DNA of 61,680 bases, filler included, from Choristocarpus tenellus KU-1152 (taxonomy: Eukaryota; Protista; Phaeophyceae), in the NCBI GenBank assembly GCA_964200185.2. It is 8 parts of 8 records of this genome, joined end to end, with 100 filler letters (N's around TTAATTAATTAA, not from the genome) between each part and the next. Parts side by side here need not be neighbours in the genome. Positions count along the whole stretch, not along the records: positions 1 to 17,980 come from CAXNAD020000595.1; positions 18,081 to 23,767 come from CAXNAD020010009.1; positions 23,868 to 27,043 come from CAXNAD020021765.1; positions 27,144 to 31,487 come from CAXNAD020015011.1; 4 more parts are not named here. One strand, given 5' to 3'. Numbering within the stretch: the stretch's first letter is position 1; each line of letters begins with the position of its first letter. Made by a program: the position numbers and the translations under genes. The notes beneath the pieces are model-generated. The model saw only the letters and a list, made by a program, of their open reading frames with translations. It ran no database searches and was not told the origin of the DNA. Shown here piece by piece: positions 14,101 to 27,399 of this stretch.

Positions 14101-17100
14101 TCACCACGCTTGTACCAGGAGGTACCCCGGACCACGGTTCACCAACCTTACCACATCCTAAGATGCAGATGAGATTATCGATGGCCTCCACAACGGACAT
14201 CTCTCTCATCTCCACTGTAAAACATTCACTCTAGTTTTGCTACTTGTATCCTACTACTTGCATGAGATGGTACCCATCTGTAACAATAATGAACGATAAC
14301 CCCAAGGGCCTCACTCAGGACATCATTAGTGAGTACTTGTGCTGCTACTGGGTACAATGTTAGCTCTCACCCTCGTAGCGCTCTCCATCTGGCTGTGTCA
14401 AAGTGCCCTCACCGTTGTACTCATCTGCTCGCCATTCCCCAGAGTAGACTGACATCCAAAACACAAACACATGGTCAAAACACGGGCCTATGTAAGTAAT
14501 AATTACGCTTTCTTATTGACGCACGAGGAATGAAATGTAACCAGATAACATTGATACATACATAGGTGCATGACCGTTTGTCTCAGGGTTTAGGATCAAG
14601 GGGATGTCCAAGATCTTCGTAGTCAAGGAAGTTAAAAAAGTATGTATAATGAAAAGTGACATGACGTGAACACTTCATTCTATTTATTTTACAGTTTGAG
14701 GTCACTCACCCGATTATAAAAAATTAAAACAAAAACTCCAAAGCCTTCAATCAATGTCACAGGACAAACAGGAAAACGATATGCGCTGTCAACTAAAATA
14801 TCACTCTGAGGCCATCGCCCAAGAAAGTATAGCAACTTGCTCGAGTGGAGTCAGTGCAAAGACAATTCAACATACCTCCCTCTACAGCCAGTAGTAGTGC
14901 ATGACAGCGACATACATTGTGCGGTCCTCTAAGAACCAGGACCACGCTTGGACCAAGTACACTAGCTGGTTCAACACTGGGCGCAGCAACACAGTTCAGT
15001 TTGAACCAAACAGCCTCTAACTTCTCACATACTCACTTGACTCCTGACATACTCACTTGATCCATCAGGGTGAGTACACTGGCCCAGACCACATCGCTGT
15101 CCATCCTTCCACTCCCCTATGTATATCTCCTTTGATGTTGTTGTATAGCGCCCGGCACCCTCACGTCGCCCTCTGGAAAACTGAAAAGAGGTGTGTATTC
15201 AATGTCTTTTGAGGATAAGGTACAATATCTTTCTTTAAGAGCCAGTGTTGGCTGGTGTGTTCCTGGTGTTCCCTTTATCTACTGTTAATGTTGTACATGT
15301 GTTGTCCTTCACACTCTTACATACGAAACGTAAACATGATCTCTGGCATACATATGCGTTAGTAAGTAAGGCAGTTACATAGTATTATATGAGAGTATAA
15401 GGTAGTACAAGATTAAACGTGGAGTCTCTTCCGAAAAGATGCAAGGCGTAAAAGGTTAGATGATAATAAAAAAAATAATAATAATAAGAGACATACAACA
15501 AATGTAGACCACCTCGGTGTAATTTATTTTGTCCAAGATCTTTCCTGTTGTTGCTGAAGTTTGTGAAAAGGTCTCTCATCGGAGAAGGAGAGGCACCCAA
15601 ACCTTTAAGCTAAAAACATTTTGTGAAAATAAAAAAATAAATGCGGTATAATGTCGAACAAATAGGAGGGATATCCTTAGATAAAAAAAATTACCAAAGC
15701 ATATATATATATATGCATCAATCCATTCCAAAATCTGTGCAGTACTATAGTTTGTTACTTCAAAAGAGTAAATATCAATAATACATTTTCCTACTTCTTA
15801 AGCCCACTCTCCACTGCCTTCTGCCCCAAGCACATTCCTCTGTTCCCATGGGCAGAACTCCATTTCATTGCCACACAAGAACCAAATCGGTCACAACAAT
15901 AACCTGACCATACACATAGATACATACATAGATACATACACACACATACATATATATACATACATATATATACATATACATACATACATACATACATACA
16001 CACAAACAACCAAAAACCATTTTTGTTTCCATCAACTTCAACTTCCACAGTGCCTTGGTTGAATCTCTCATTCCTTCGCCTTGAATCAAAGTATCCTAGA
16101 TGGGGGTGCTGTTTTTGCTAAATGGGTCTCTGCGACTGTTTTGATATTTTTTTCTTAACCCTATTACATTACAATACAATGACAAATGACTATTACATTC
16201 ACAGGAGATCTTCTCTTCCACATTCACAGACTTGAATTAGGCACTCCTCATGAGTGACATATGAATTGGGCCGTCAAGCATCACATACATATCCACACTA
16301 TGTATGGGTATGTATCTAATTAATAATTCCTATGTAGTATTCCAAGTTGAAGATACATTCAGTCCTACAAAATATGATACAGAATCCAAGTCATGAAATG
16401 TCATCAACCAATCAAACACACTACACACGAATGACAATACCAATACCATGAACCAATCAGGTACTTGATCAATGTCATCAACCAATCAGATACACTACCA
16501 GTATAGCATTAAATTGCTGAACTCTCGGACATACAACAATACCAAAAATCACTCAGGAATACTACTTCCCCCTCCAAATAAATAAATATTTTCATCTCTT
16601 ATCCACAGGCATTGTAAAAAACAAAATAATTCTCCTCCTCCTGAGAAGGTCACCTTTCATAGGCAGTTCAGACATGTCATTCATTCAGAAATATCAAACA
16701 AGCGCACACATTGCTATTTTTATACACTATATGCAGCTGATTTGTGTTCTGATTTATTATTTGAAATCAGGGAGGAAGCACATTTCATGGGAATATACGG
16801 TTACCACATCTGTCCACTCTACTAAAAGACATATTTTAATCTTTGTGCCTTCTGGCTTGTTGATCACAGAGCAATAAATCGCAAAGTAGTGGTTTGGCCA
16901 ATTTATGACATGTAAAATGAAAAAAATTCAATCTGACCTTTTAATGGCAAGTCAGATATATCCCTACAAAAGATGCCCTATTCCTGATGTCAAATAAAAA
17001 AACATAACTCAAATCAGTTACATGGAGCCTGAGAAAAATGGCATCGTGAGCATTGTACTTGGTTGACACTTATAAACGCTTGTTGTGGACTGCCTATAGA

Positions 17101-17980
17101 AACCGGCCTAAGATTGAACTTATCCAACCATGAAAGAAAATCACCCCTATGATCTCCATTCTACCACCAAAGCAGGCATTTTTTACCCAACCACCAATGG
17201 TATCGTGGCTCTCAAAACACCCTCTACAGCCCCCAATGCACACACATACACACACAAACACACAAACACACACACATAAACACATAAACATCCACAAACA
17301 TCCCTAACCCTTGCACACACCTCTCCGTCATAAATATTCCCCTCTGCATCACAGTAAACGCCTTTCCCATGGAACTCCCCATCCAACCAATCCCCACTGT
17401 AGGTCTCCCTTCCTCGTATGACACAGTTCCCCTTGCCCGTTCTAGCATCCCTCTTCCACTCCCCATCGTAAAGGTAGTCTTTAGCCCCTGTTGTCATCAC
17501 CCCCCTTCCATGCCGAACATCACAGTCCCACTCACCCTGACAGCATCAGACGTCCAGATACATCAGATGTCAAGATGGTATATATAGTAAGGGTTCAAGA
17601 CACATCAGTGAGATTGAAGAGAACATTGTGTGTGTGTGTGTGTGTGTGTGTTTGTGTGTTACATGTGAGATAGAGAGATAGAGATAGAGAGAAATGATCC
17701 AGCGTAATCTGACCTCGTAAATATTTCCAGTCGCCTTCTCCTCATACAAACCCACCCCATGCCTCTTCCCATCCTTCCAGCCCCCAGTATAGCAATCCCC
17801 CCCCTCATAAACCCACTCCACCACACTAGACACAGCTGACGCCGTCCAGCTCCCCCTCTTACCCCCCAAACCACCACCACCACCACCTCCTTCATGCACA
17901 GACCCTTCAGTATCTCTTCCAACCCCCCAACCCCAAGAAGATCTTCCCCTCGCCCCCAAAATTGCACCCCCAACGCCTGT
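11106..17980 (-). CDS. MORN-repeat protein, 3' part (5' end lost in gap). Exons: 17714->17980, 17321-17536, 15057-15180, 14371-14448, 13238-13341, 12992-13107, 11106-11253
   Basis: Repeated YxGxWxxxxRHGxG MORN motifs (e.g. YTGGWKDGKRHGVG, YDGEWKRDARTGKG, YIGEWKDGQRCGLG, FTGGWVEGLRSGVG). Splice phases are compatible across GT-AG introns, and the ORF ends TTHDFT-TGA. Confidence 0.9.
11381..11924. repeat. Minisatellite, about 22 tandem copies of a 24/25-bp unit (CTTTT[C]GTCATGAATATATTCGAAT), in the last MORN intron
   Basis: Head-to-tail units read directly, with no unique spacers. Confidence 0.95.
12260..12542. mobile_element. MITE with GAGCCAAAGTA terminal inverted repeats
   Basis: Left end GAGCCAAAGTAAAAACGAGAGATACCCAG; right end reverse complement GAGCCAAAGTAGACAAGGGGTACTCAG; flanks GGGA/TGGA. 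Confidence 0.6.
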
Positions 17981-18080
17981 NNNNNNNNNNNNNNNNNNNN
18001 NNNNNNNNNNNNNNNNNNNNNNNNTTAATTAATTAANNNNNNNNNNNNNNNNNNNNNNNNNNNNNNNNNNNNNNNNNNNN
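17981..18080. other. Artificial contig linker (N44-TTAATTAATTAA-N44). Same linker at 23768-23867, 27044-27143, 31488-31587, 34112-34211, 42188-42287, 59001-59100
   Basis: Identical six-frame-stop spacer flanked by Ns, seven times. Confidence 0.97.
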
Positions 18081-19679
18081 TTACTTCACCACTATCATAT
18101 ATTGTACTATTGTCTTCCTTAGCTTCCCATCTACCTACTCTAGTGCCCCGGGGGGGGAGCTAGGGAAGCATCCCAAGAATATATATATATATATATATTC
18201 CACTGGCGGACCTTCTGTAAGAATGAAACCATGGAATATCTTCACGAGACCAATACCACAGACTTGGGACAGCTCGTCATTCAGAGTTATCACACATGAA
18301 AGATCCACATTTTTCTCCCGTCTTGACTTGAGGTGATGAGGCCCCATCTTTGAAGATGCTCATCACTCCTCAATTTGCACTTGTTCAACCTTCTTAACCT
18401 CGTACCCTTGGTTAAGGTTCGTCCTTGTTCGTCTGGTCCGTCTTGCCTTGTGATTATCTTCGCCACCCTTGGCTGAGTGAACCGCGCCGCCACAGAATCA
18501 CATTAGTCACACTTTTCATCAACCTTTTTACAAGTACCTTTTTATCGACCTCTTACAACATACCTTTTTAGGGAATTACAGATATTGGTGAATTTTGGGG
18601 GGTTGAAAAAGGTGCCACAAATGAACTTTTGCAACCTCCCGAAAATAGTACCTTTGCAAACAACCATCAACATATACCACCTTCCAAAAATGGGGGGAGG
18701 TTCGTACACCTGTGAACGTGCATAATAACTCAGATATATCACAAGAATAGCTAATGATTTGTCGGAAATTTGATTTGTCCGACGTATGTTTCCTTTGTCA
18801 TCAACACAATATTTATAATAGTACTACATCACATTCAAACAAAGCAGTAGTAGTTTCCCTTCTTGATGACATCAGTATCAGGATGTGTGGATCTATACCA
18901 ATACCTTACACTGTACAACAAATGATGGGACCGGTTCAGGGACTGGTCTGGGTGAAACACGTCGATATCGGGACCAATCCTTGGACTATCAGAGAGAGAA
19001 AAAATAAACTGACTGGGTCCCAGACTATAGGACTGAACTGAGCATATTTGTTGCAACTTAACGGGATGGGACCGGAGAGATCAATATTTTTAGCCGGACT
19101 GGGTCACGGACCTGTCATGGCAAACCATGTTGGTTGGATGGGTAGAAAGTTTAACTGGACTGGGTCATGGCATAGTCCTGTTTAGAGCATATTGTGATGT
19201 GGATGCTTCTTGAGCATGACTTGGTAATACTTGTTCACCCTACGTTGTGTGGGTAGCGTAAAATGTGAAAGTGTGAATCACATCCTTTTCACGAATATAA
19301 TTGCAAAATATCAGTCAGTGCATCACAATCGAATGCTTGAAAGTGTGCTGTGACATGTAACAAGTAAGTATTCAACAGTTGTACTATTTTTGATGATTGT
19401 TGGGAAGAAATCAGCTAGCAGAAGCATGGGAGTGAGCCATAAGATCTAAACAGCAGGAAGCTCCCTATTGTCTGGATGATGTGCCGCATCTCCGATGCAT
19501 GCAACAACCTTTGATAAGGTTCCCCTGCGCATTTTATGAGAGGTGAAGGAGCATCTTTAAAAGTTGGAAGGCCAGTTCAGCGAGTACTTGAGGAAGGGTT
19601 GGCTTTCAACTCTACCTCACCACTGTCGCTGCAGTTGAGTACTACTCTGCTGCTGTCGCCCAGGCAGATGACTTCACAG

Positions 19680-19940
19680 GCAGTGGGCACCTTGACCTCT
19701 CCCAGAGTCCAAGTGATTGAGAGGTAGCAAGGTTTTGTCTCTTTTGCGCCGTAAGCCATCTTTTCTCTCACCAGCTACAATACACACCCTATTTCATTTG
19801 TATATTTTCACATTAGTGCCTGCACAATCGCTACTCTCCCTTTCAACACACAAAATGACACCACATGTTAGCAAAGACCCTTTCTGTAATTGTACTACAA
19901 AGGGATGCTTTCGACGTTTCTTCAAATACTTCAATTGAAA
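19680..19940 (-). repeat. Degenerate dispersed repeat of unknown family (homologous to 37040-37200; shorter shared segments at 20626-20690 and 42995-43040)
   Basis: Visible nucleotide similarity. Translations ITERVFANMWCHFVC*KG versus VAERVFAELWCHFLCRKG; KPxYLSxTWT-like motif in three copies. Confidence 0.55.
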
Positions 19941-22279
19941 TTTTGCCTACCTTTCAATTACTACAACAATGGGAGAGTGTCTTGTCCTGGGACTTGTCAG
20001 TACTGTAATCCCATCCGTGTTATCCTCTTGTTGATTGCTTTGTTGTGCATTTTCAATGCTTTAGGTATACAGTACGGAATGTGGACGTATGAACACGACA
20101 CATGGAAGATGTGTGGTGTGCAGTGCACCCCACATACACTCACCTATTCTTTCATTCAGTCTACTATATTACGTAGAAGCCACGTTGATATCAACGCTAT
20201 TCATTAGCCCAGTGTACATAATCCTCACTATATGTATGTATATGCATATGCAGCCAAAAACCAAAAAAGTCAAGATATGAGAAAATCAAATATTGTGATT
20301 CTGACATGTCTCCAAGTATTGAACACTCCTACTGACAATGCAGTAGTGGCGCACGTTTTCACTGGTATTAGATGCTTCGGTCAGCTGGAGAAGGCCAAGT
20401 CTTCCAGATATATTGATGAGTCAAAGTAAACGAGAGGCACCCATGGTTGATTATAAGGATGCTAAGAATTGTTTGCAAGAGTGTTTTCAAATGCTTACAG
20501 GAGCTTTTCTGAATGCTGTGTTGAGAAGTTTTAAAAATAGAGAAATCAACATTATCGGGTCAAACTTAATCATCCATAGAAATATGGGTGCATTTCGAAA
20601 AATTGAAAAACTGACTTCGAATGCAAAACGCCCAAAACCTAGGTACCTCTCTTTTACTTGGACTCGAAAATATACAATAGCGAAAAAAAAGTGTGCTGCG
20701 AGGTGTTAATATCCTGGGGGGGGGCGGAGTCAGATCGTACACAACAAATGTCTGATGAAATTCTGACACCCTTAAATACTGCATGCAGAGTTACCAACCG
20801 GGAATGCTTAATCGGCTCAGATATGATATTGTGAAATACTAAGGAAAACATAACCAAAGGAATTCAGTCATACTATCACAAAATAAATTGACTACGTTTT
20901 GTATACATGTATTTTTCTACAAAAAATATTAACATATTTACATATTGAGTAACCCCTGTGCTTTTACATTGGTCTTTCCTGTATTGTAACCCCACAGACA
21001 AAGATCCATGCCACAACCACCATTCAGAACTCTTAGCCTAACAACAGCTCGTTCTATATACAAGAGCCTAAATAAAATTATGGTAATAAAAAAAAAACAT
21101 TCGAGTTTTCTTCCATTCTTGGTGGGTTGATATCTCTAATGTGAATGGAGCTAATCGAGGTGCCACTTAAAACCGTCAAAAACCTAATGATCAACTACAA
21201 GAAAAACATCCGGTTTTCCGGATCAGTCCGTATACACACAAATATGTAAATGTATCGAGTAATATATGCCGTATGTTTTGGACAGCCCATTCGTTTTGCA
21301 AGGACAAAGCACAAAAATACATGGGATTATCAGATGGTGACCACTGGTTAGTTTGATGTCCTAAGGAAACTCCACCTGACAAATTGCAACCATTGCAAGG
21401 TCCTACCCTACTAGCTTTTCACAAATCCAAACATCACCATGGCAAACACTCCTTGGTCTTGGGGAAGCAGTATCTCAAATCAACTCATACGACTTACCTG
21501 TCATTCTTGCCAGGTTTTGGTTCTCCACCCGTTGGATCTGCAGTTATTCATAATGGTGTAGAAATGTATCCACTCACTACACACCAATTCAGTGTTGCAG
21601 GTCCCCAAACACTAGGTAGTCAATATTACAAAATTGATTTCACTCACCGAATTGTGATTACAATACACTATTGGTACATGAGGTTGATCCTACTAAGACT
21701 CAAATTGTCACTATTGGTTGATGCCATCAGAGCTAGGATAGTCGGGTAACACATACTATTAGTACTCAGCTAGTCATTTAGTACTTAGAGAAGCGGCACT
21801 GCAGCACCCAGTCCACAATGCAACCTCCTCCAAGACATACCCAAGCACGAAATTGACTAGTGCATCAAACTGAAATTTGGCCACACAGCAATACACTCTC
21901 CTCTCCTCTCGACAAAATATACCAGCCTCTAGCCAATCCTTAACAACTTGTACGGATAAAGAATCCTTCAATAACCTCGTAGTAGATTTCTACATTTACG
22001 ACCTACCCAAATATCATACTTCACCCTCAAACCCTTATATCCGTAGGGGTTGCTGTACTATAGACATGTGTTAGCACACCACATGAAACTCACTTTGTCA
22101 AGCAGTTCCTACTTCCAAACAAGTCTGCCTTACCACTGACACACCCTCATCACAAATTGATCATACATGCATACTCCCTATCACCATGTGTGAGCACTGT
22201 TCCTACTCAACGTCACAGAGCACCCTCCAACTAAATTTCATACTTCAAGGTATCGATCACTCCCTGCACCAGTACATCA

Positions 22280-22495
22280 GTGTCAAAGTATCTGGGGGGG
22301 GGGGGGGGGGTTTGTGAGGGGNNNNNNNNNNGCGGGTCTGTGTTTTGGGGGGGGGCCGCCCTTTCCGTTCAAACAATTTTTTTTTTGCTGACATTTCAAA
22401 TCCGACACGTGGGACCAAATCACACCAAAAAAGTGAAAATCAAAAAAAGGGTGAAAAAACGGACGTCGACACTCCCCCCCCAGATACTTTGACCC
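22280..22495. mobile_element. MITE, TIR GNGTCAAAGTATCTGGGGGG, 3-bp TSD TCA
   Basis: TIRs at both ends and TCA on both flanks; contains a 10-N internal gap. Confidence 0.7.
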
Positions 22496-23889
22496 TCACT
22501 ACACTCTCAACACTCAAATAACACCTAACAATTACAATACACACCCACACGGAGAGACCGCTTGTGCATCTTTTGGAAAATCTTGACTGTTAGAAACCCT
22601 CCTATCCCTACACTCTCACCAGAAAGCATTATGCATCCATATATCATACTTGATACTCAAGGGAAGTGCATATTAGGTGGTTGATTTGCGTGGTTGTTTG
22701 CGTAGTCTGATGAGTACATCTATTACAGATTTGAGTTGACATAACAGTATTGTAACAAGGAAGGAACTGAGTGCAACAAAATCCGAGTTGATTGATTAAC
22801 ATGGGATGAAGCAGTATGTACGTTACATCTATTGATTAAGATATCATCCACATCAACAAACCCAAACTATGTATTACTTAGTCTGCTCCCCCAACAAACA
22901 CTGTCCATCCCACAATAAACCAGATGTACTCGTCACACTACACCCCACGCAAACCTACCAAAAAACATGCACTCCCTTCGAGTTTCAAGTCCTTAGGGGC
23001 CCTACTGTCCCTACTCAAGAATCACACCCTCCACACAATTTCACACTTCACACTCCCCTTCTGTTCATATCCACACTGGGGACCACCTTGTTCGCCCCCT
23101 CCTTCTCTGAAGACGTCACTACATCCTTTCCACTTCAGATGTGAACCCTTATTCATTCCTCAATTCTTCAGAAGAAGGGCAGGGAGAACAACCGAATAGT
23201 TGACAACGTTGCTGCGGGTAATCAATGATAGTCTTGAGCATGAGTTGAAATATAGAGGCATGGCTCAATCTTAGAAGATGGAACATTGCACTGCTGCAGG
23301 CCATTTTCCTTCATCAGTATGCTCACTGTTTCAATGTAGCATTCAAATCATGAAGTGGTTTCACATCCTGTGCATTCTGAGGGTACCGGAGGAAATATAC
23401 GTAATTAGAGAAGCATAGTGTTGGTAGATGAAGACCGCAAGCCACGAAAATGTGCTAAGAAACATGTTGTGCTCAATTCGACAGAGTGGGTAATGTTGAT
23501 GAAAATACACAGGCGATCTCAGCAACATTACAGATGAACCAAGGAAAAACAGTGGTTTGTGGCATCAGGGGAGAAAGCATGGGACACTAAAAGGAAATAT
23601 GTACAATATATGGTGTTGATGAGAGAAAAATGTCATGTTAGACAAAACCTGCCAACTCGTCACCAGTGCTCAAGACTAGAGGAGGACTCATCATGTAATG
23701 TCTTGCTAACTTGGTGGTACAGGTGAACACACTACTGTGATGAAATAGAAGTGCAGAAAGAAAGATGNNNNNNNNNNNNNNNNNNNNNNNNNNNNNNNNN
23801 NNNNNNNNNNNTTAATTAATTAANNNNNNNNNNNNNNNNNNNNNNNNNNNNNNNNNNNNNNNNNNNNTTTTGCTTTCTTTCACAAAAAA

Positions 23890-26819
23890 AAAAACCTCCC
23901 CCCTCCCCCCCCGCGCTGCCCCCCCCCCCCCAAAGCCAGAGCCGCCGCCACCGCCGCCGCCGCCGCCGCCGCCAGGATCGTCCTGCCCCGGAGCCGGCTC
24001 TGTAGCCGGCGACCACAGCGATTGGTCCGCTCCGGAAGTACTTGTTTCCCCTCGAGAGGAAGAAGCAACGAACGCATCATTGGTAGCATGCGTTCCCCCC
24101 CCCCCTGCAACAACAATAATCGATTCAGTGGCGGAATCGGTTGTTCCCACCCCCTCCCCTGCAGCGAAAACACTTGCCGAGGTAGGGACAGTGATTGCGC
24201 TGACAGTTTCATTCCTGACAGTTTCATTCTTGACAGCTTCATTCTTGACAGCTTCATTCTTGACAGTTTCATTCTTGACAGTTTCATTCTTGACAGCTTC
24301 ATTCTTGACAGTTTCATTCTTGACAGTTTCATTCTTGACAGCTTCATTCTCGTTACTACTGCTGGTGTTGTTATCATCGTCCGACACAATCGGCTGTTCC
24401 TCTCTCAATTCCCCTCCTGTTCCTCTCGCTTCCCTCTCCCAAGCCAGGCATTGGGAGAATAGGGCCGCCTCCCTCGCCTGCAAACAAACAAACAAACAAA
24501 ATTAAACACATAAAAAAAAGGAAAAGAGGGAAAAAAAAAAAATTGAACAGTCCGTGATAGTAACAATATCTTATAATAATAATAATAATATTATAATAAT
24601 AATATGTATCTCAGGAGTTATTTTGGGGGGCAGGGTTGTTCACAAAAATAAAGCAAAAATACATGAACTGTCTGTAATAATGATAATAATAATATTTTAT
24701 AATAATATAATACTAATAATATGTATCACAGGAATAAATCCTATAACATTGAAAAAAAAAATGGAATAAGGCGATGGGGGGATTGGTCAGTGACAGGCAT
24801 GCCAATACACGTATAACACCATCCCTGACAATGAAAGGTATACCTTTTAAATATTTGCCAACACACGTGACAACACCATCCCTGACAATGAAAGATATAC
24901 CTTTTAAGTAGTACTTTGATTCTTGGATAGGAGGTGTTCAGTGCAACCTCCCGGTTGTAATACGATAGAATAAAATAATAAAATAATCAGGTAGACTTAT
25001 CAGCGAGGACACATTGAAATTAAACAGTACTACTACTAATAATATTTTTTTCATTAAAAAGCGAGTACATACAACACACAAAAAAAAACACACACACACA
25101 CACACGCACAAGAATATATATAAAAAACGTAAAAAATGTGCATGTAAAAGCGTAAGAATAAAAAACGCGAAAAAATATGTAACACTAAAAATGTATGAAA
25201 AGCATTAAAAATATATATATTAAAATAAAACATTTAGAAAAAAGAAAAACATAGACACAACGTAACACAACCAATCTCATTCCATACACACAACATAACC
25301 AATCACATTCCATACACACACACACACACACACACAAAGAGAGAGAGAGAGAGAGAGAGAGATGTATGATGTATACACACCTCAAGGCTTTGTTGGACCT
25401 CTTGAAACCCTTGAAGCATTGTCTCCCTCTCCCTCTCCATAAACGCCTCCCTATCCCTCACCGCAGACAGCAACGCCTCTTGGGGATGTAAACTCCCATC
25501 GCCTGCGTCCACGTCACCTTCACCTCGACAAGAAGAACGCCTTCCAAATGACCCCATGATCTCCTTGATATTGGACAGGCGGTGTTCCTCATGCTGCAGC
25601 TCTCCCCGTACCTTTTTGTTGTCGTTAGGGATAGGGTTAGGGTTAGGGTTTAGGGTTTGGTTTAGGGTTTAGGGTTTGGGTTAGGGTTTAGGGTTAGGGT
25701 TTGGTTTAGGGTTAGGGTTTGGTTTAGGATTAGGGTTTGGTTTAGGGTTTAGGATTAGGGTTTGGTTTAGGGTTAGAGTTAGGTGGTTGGTGCAATTCAC
25801 TTGCAAAAACAAAATAAAAATGTATTCACTCTCCAGGAAAAAAAAAAAGTGCCTGAGGTGGGGTACACGATGAAATGAATAAATTAAAACAGTTACTAAA
25901 ATAATAATAATAATAAATGATAATAATATAATGACAATAATAATGGTAATAATAGCAACAAAAATAGTAATAATGAAAGTTACAATAATAATAATAATAA
26001 TAATAATAATACTAACGAAGCAATAATAATAACAATGACAGTAAAATATCAATCGATAATAATAATAGAAAAAATAACAATAGTAACAATAACAATAACA
26101 ATACTAATAATAAAGTAATAACAATAAGAGTAATAATAAAAAGGTTTTCCACAACAATAGTACCGCTGTCGAAAAAAAAAAAGAACAATATTTCAAAAGA
26201 AGAAAAAGGCATTCGTGACAAGACCATCGCCATTCATGAACAGAAAAATAAAAAAATATATTTGTATCGCTTGATAAACGGAAAATAAACAATTAAAAAG
26301 TATTTTTGATCTCTCATCCCAATATGTTTACATTTTACGCTACTTCGTAAAAAAAAAAAAAAACTTTTCTATTTCTTGTTTTTCCCAGACAAAAAAATTA
26401 TAATAAATTTTCATATTTTTGCGTATTCGTAACAAAAAGTAGAATCATTTTTTTTTCCCATTTTTTAAAAGAAAAATATAAATACATACTTACATACATA
26501 CACATACACACATACATACATATATACATACATATATTATATATATTATTTCTTGTTAACCCTAACCCTAACCCTAGACCCTAACCCAACTAACGTTTTG
26601 AAGATGCCCCTCCAGACCACGTATCTCATCTTGCAGCCTCCCCCTCTCCTCCTTGAGCCTCTGCACCTTTTCCATCAGGGTACTCCCACTCCCCCCCAAC
26701 CCTAACCCTGTCCCTCCTAGCGTGCTGCTGTCGAAAACGCCTCCCTGGTGATTAAGCAACGAAAACGCCTCCACATCTCTATGCAACTCCGCTTGTCGTG
26801 CGTCGAGGTCATGGCGGAC
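23890..26819 (-). CDS. Unknown coiled-coil/low-complexity protein, internal fragment. Exons 26595-26819, 25381-25611, about 23890-24477
   Basis: Three in-frame phase-0 exons with GT-AG boundaries; heptad-like MEKVQRLKEERGRLQDEIRGLEGHLQNVRGELQHEEHRL. Both gene ends are lost at gaps or poly-G sequence. Confidence 0.7.
24200..24349. repeat. Coding 15-bp tandem repeat, about 10 copies, encoding (NE[T/A]VK)n on the minus strand
   Basis: TTGACAG[T/C]TTCATTC units read directly. Confidence 0.9.
25625..25783. repeat. Intronic telomere-like (TTAGGG/TTTAGGG/TTTGG) array abutting a splice acceptor
   Basis: Read directly; lies next to the acceptor at 25612. Confidence 0.9.
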
Positions 26820-27399
26820 CTGAGAGGGAAAAGGATTAGGGTTACTGTCAGGGTTACTGTTAAGAGTACTGTCAGGGTTAGGGTTAGGTACAGCGTTAGG
26901 GTTAGGTACAGCGTTAGGGTTAGGGGGGGAGGGGGGGGGGGGGGGGTCTTTCACGGCCATGCTTATATTTTTATTTTATTTTTTGTGCTTACGAATAAAA
27001 ATAAAAATAACAAAAAAAATAATAAAAAAAAAAATAATAATAANNNNNNNNNNNNNNNNNNNNNNNNNNNNNNNNNNNNNNNNNNNNTTAATTAATTAAN
27101 NNNNNNNNNNNNNNNNNNNNNNNNNNNNNNNNNNNNNNNNNNNCGACTGACCTGCTAAACCGTCTGAGGCAAAAGCATGCCACAGAGGGACAACTTGGAA
27201 GGTGGTTTGGGGATGGATGGAAGGGGGGGGGAGTCTTGTCTTCATTTTGTTGTCGTTATCGCACAAAATATATATATATATATATAAGTTAGTTAATATA
27301 AATGCACGATATTCTTCACAGTATTTTTTGTAGTGCCCCTTACACCCATAACCCTAACCCTAACCCTCCCACTTCACTCCAAATTTTAAAAAATTGTAG

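Noticed and set aside
18025-18036. Recurrent TTAATTAATTAA as a biological motif or piggyBac site
   Set aside because: Always centred in N-runs; it is an artificial linker.
22500-23767. Possible decayed retroelement
   Set aside because: No motif I could identify with confidence.
23870-24505. Plus-strand ORFs with (SFLTV)n or (DSFIL)n
   Set aside because: Antisense shadows of the stop-free 15-bp repeat exon.
25625-25783. True chromosome end
   Set aside because: Short, degenerate and flanked by exons of one gene.
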